This document shows, piece after piece, positions 63,471 through 64,000 of a stretch of 64,000 nt of DNA. Under the pieces are notes generated by a model. It did no database searches. It saw nothing but the letters and a program-made list of their open reading frames with translations, and had not been told where the DNA came from. Within the stretch, counting starts at the first letter, position 1, and each line of letters starts with the position of its first letter. Made by a program: the position numbers and the translations under genes. This stretch comes from Myxococcota bacterium (lineage in GTDB: Bacteria; Myxococcota_A; UBA9042; PHBI01; JAWLBL01): assembly GCA_041687695.1 (NCBI GenBank), contig JAWLBL010000008.1:203818-267817 (forward strand), read 5' to 3'.

Positions 63471-64000
63471 CGATGCCGGCGGAGGCGCCCTGGAGTGCTC
63501 CGGCTTGCCGGAGCCCCGGCCCCGGCGGCTTGCCGCCGGGATCTTGCCGCCAAACCCGGCGCAGCAAGTATCGATGCCGGCGGAGGCGCCCTGGAGTGCT
63601 CCGGCTTGCCGGAGCCCCGGCCCCGGCGGCTTGCCGCCGGGATCTGGCCGCCGAACCCGGCGCAGCAAGCTGCGCCGGATGGGGGCTCCACCAAGGTGGA
63701 GCACTCCGGTTGGCCTGTAGCGACACCTTCTTCCAGCCGGCCGGGGCTTCGTTCACTCGAAGGACCGAGGCTGGGAGCGCCGGGCCGGCTCCCACAGGCC
63801 GTCGTATCGATGCCGGCGGAGGCGCCCTGGAGTGCTCCGGCTTGCCGGAGCCCCGGCCCCGGCGGCTTGCCGCCGGGATCTGGCCGCCGAACCCGGCGCA
63901 GCAAGCTGCGCCGGATGGGGGCTCCACCAAGGTGGAGCACTCCGGTAGGTCCAGCAAGCTGGAGCGCCCCTGGAGTGCTCCAGCTTGCTGGAGCCCCGGC
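63471..64000. repeat. REP/REPIN-like cluster: ~98-150-bp direct repeats built from short palindromes with CTTG/CAAG loops
   Basis: cgatgccggcggaggcgccctggagtgctccggcttgccggagcccc... at 63471, 63572 and 63808; a further partial copy near 63966 runs off the window. Confidence 0.88.

Noticed and set aside
63471..64000. CRISPR array or coding repeat
   Set aside because: Repeats are about 100-150 bp and multi-hairpin, with no regular unique spacers; overlapping ORFs are repeat translations.

Overview
A very GC-rich bacterial chromosomal segment. Its content suggests Myxococcota: many Cys-rich lipoproteins, a three-bactofilin cluster next to pyrE, an OmpA/TSP3 protein paired with a MYXO-CTERM-type surface protein, and sigma54 and FHA signalling. 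About 45 CDS can be supported. Housekeeping genes include folK (partial), mnmG, cpoB/pal-like, pyrE, a pssA-like gene and a MATE transporter. I recognised no rRNA, tRNA, cas gene or transposase. The most unusual structures are: (1) a ~2.6 kb module (42340-44925) in which an HNH nuclease gene sits between oppositely oriented arrays of a CTTCCGCCCCGG-based unit, and the whole is bracketed by ~89 bp inverted repeats; (2) an operon of amino-acid racemase, a class II HMG-CoA reductase fused to a polyprenyl synthase with a degenerate first Asp-rich motif, and patatin; (3) a stand-alone divergent RelA/SpoT-type synthetase; (4) a four-helix-bundle gene with a hexamer/43-bp repeat and a hairpin-rich leader; (5) an EpmC-like HExxH domain fused to a CxxCxxCC domain; (6) tandem giant Cys/Gly-rich lipoprotein paralogs; (7) a REP/REPIN-like palindrome cluster at the right edge. 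All family calls come from motif recognition by eye, not database searches, and many start codons were re-picked by eye.
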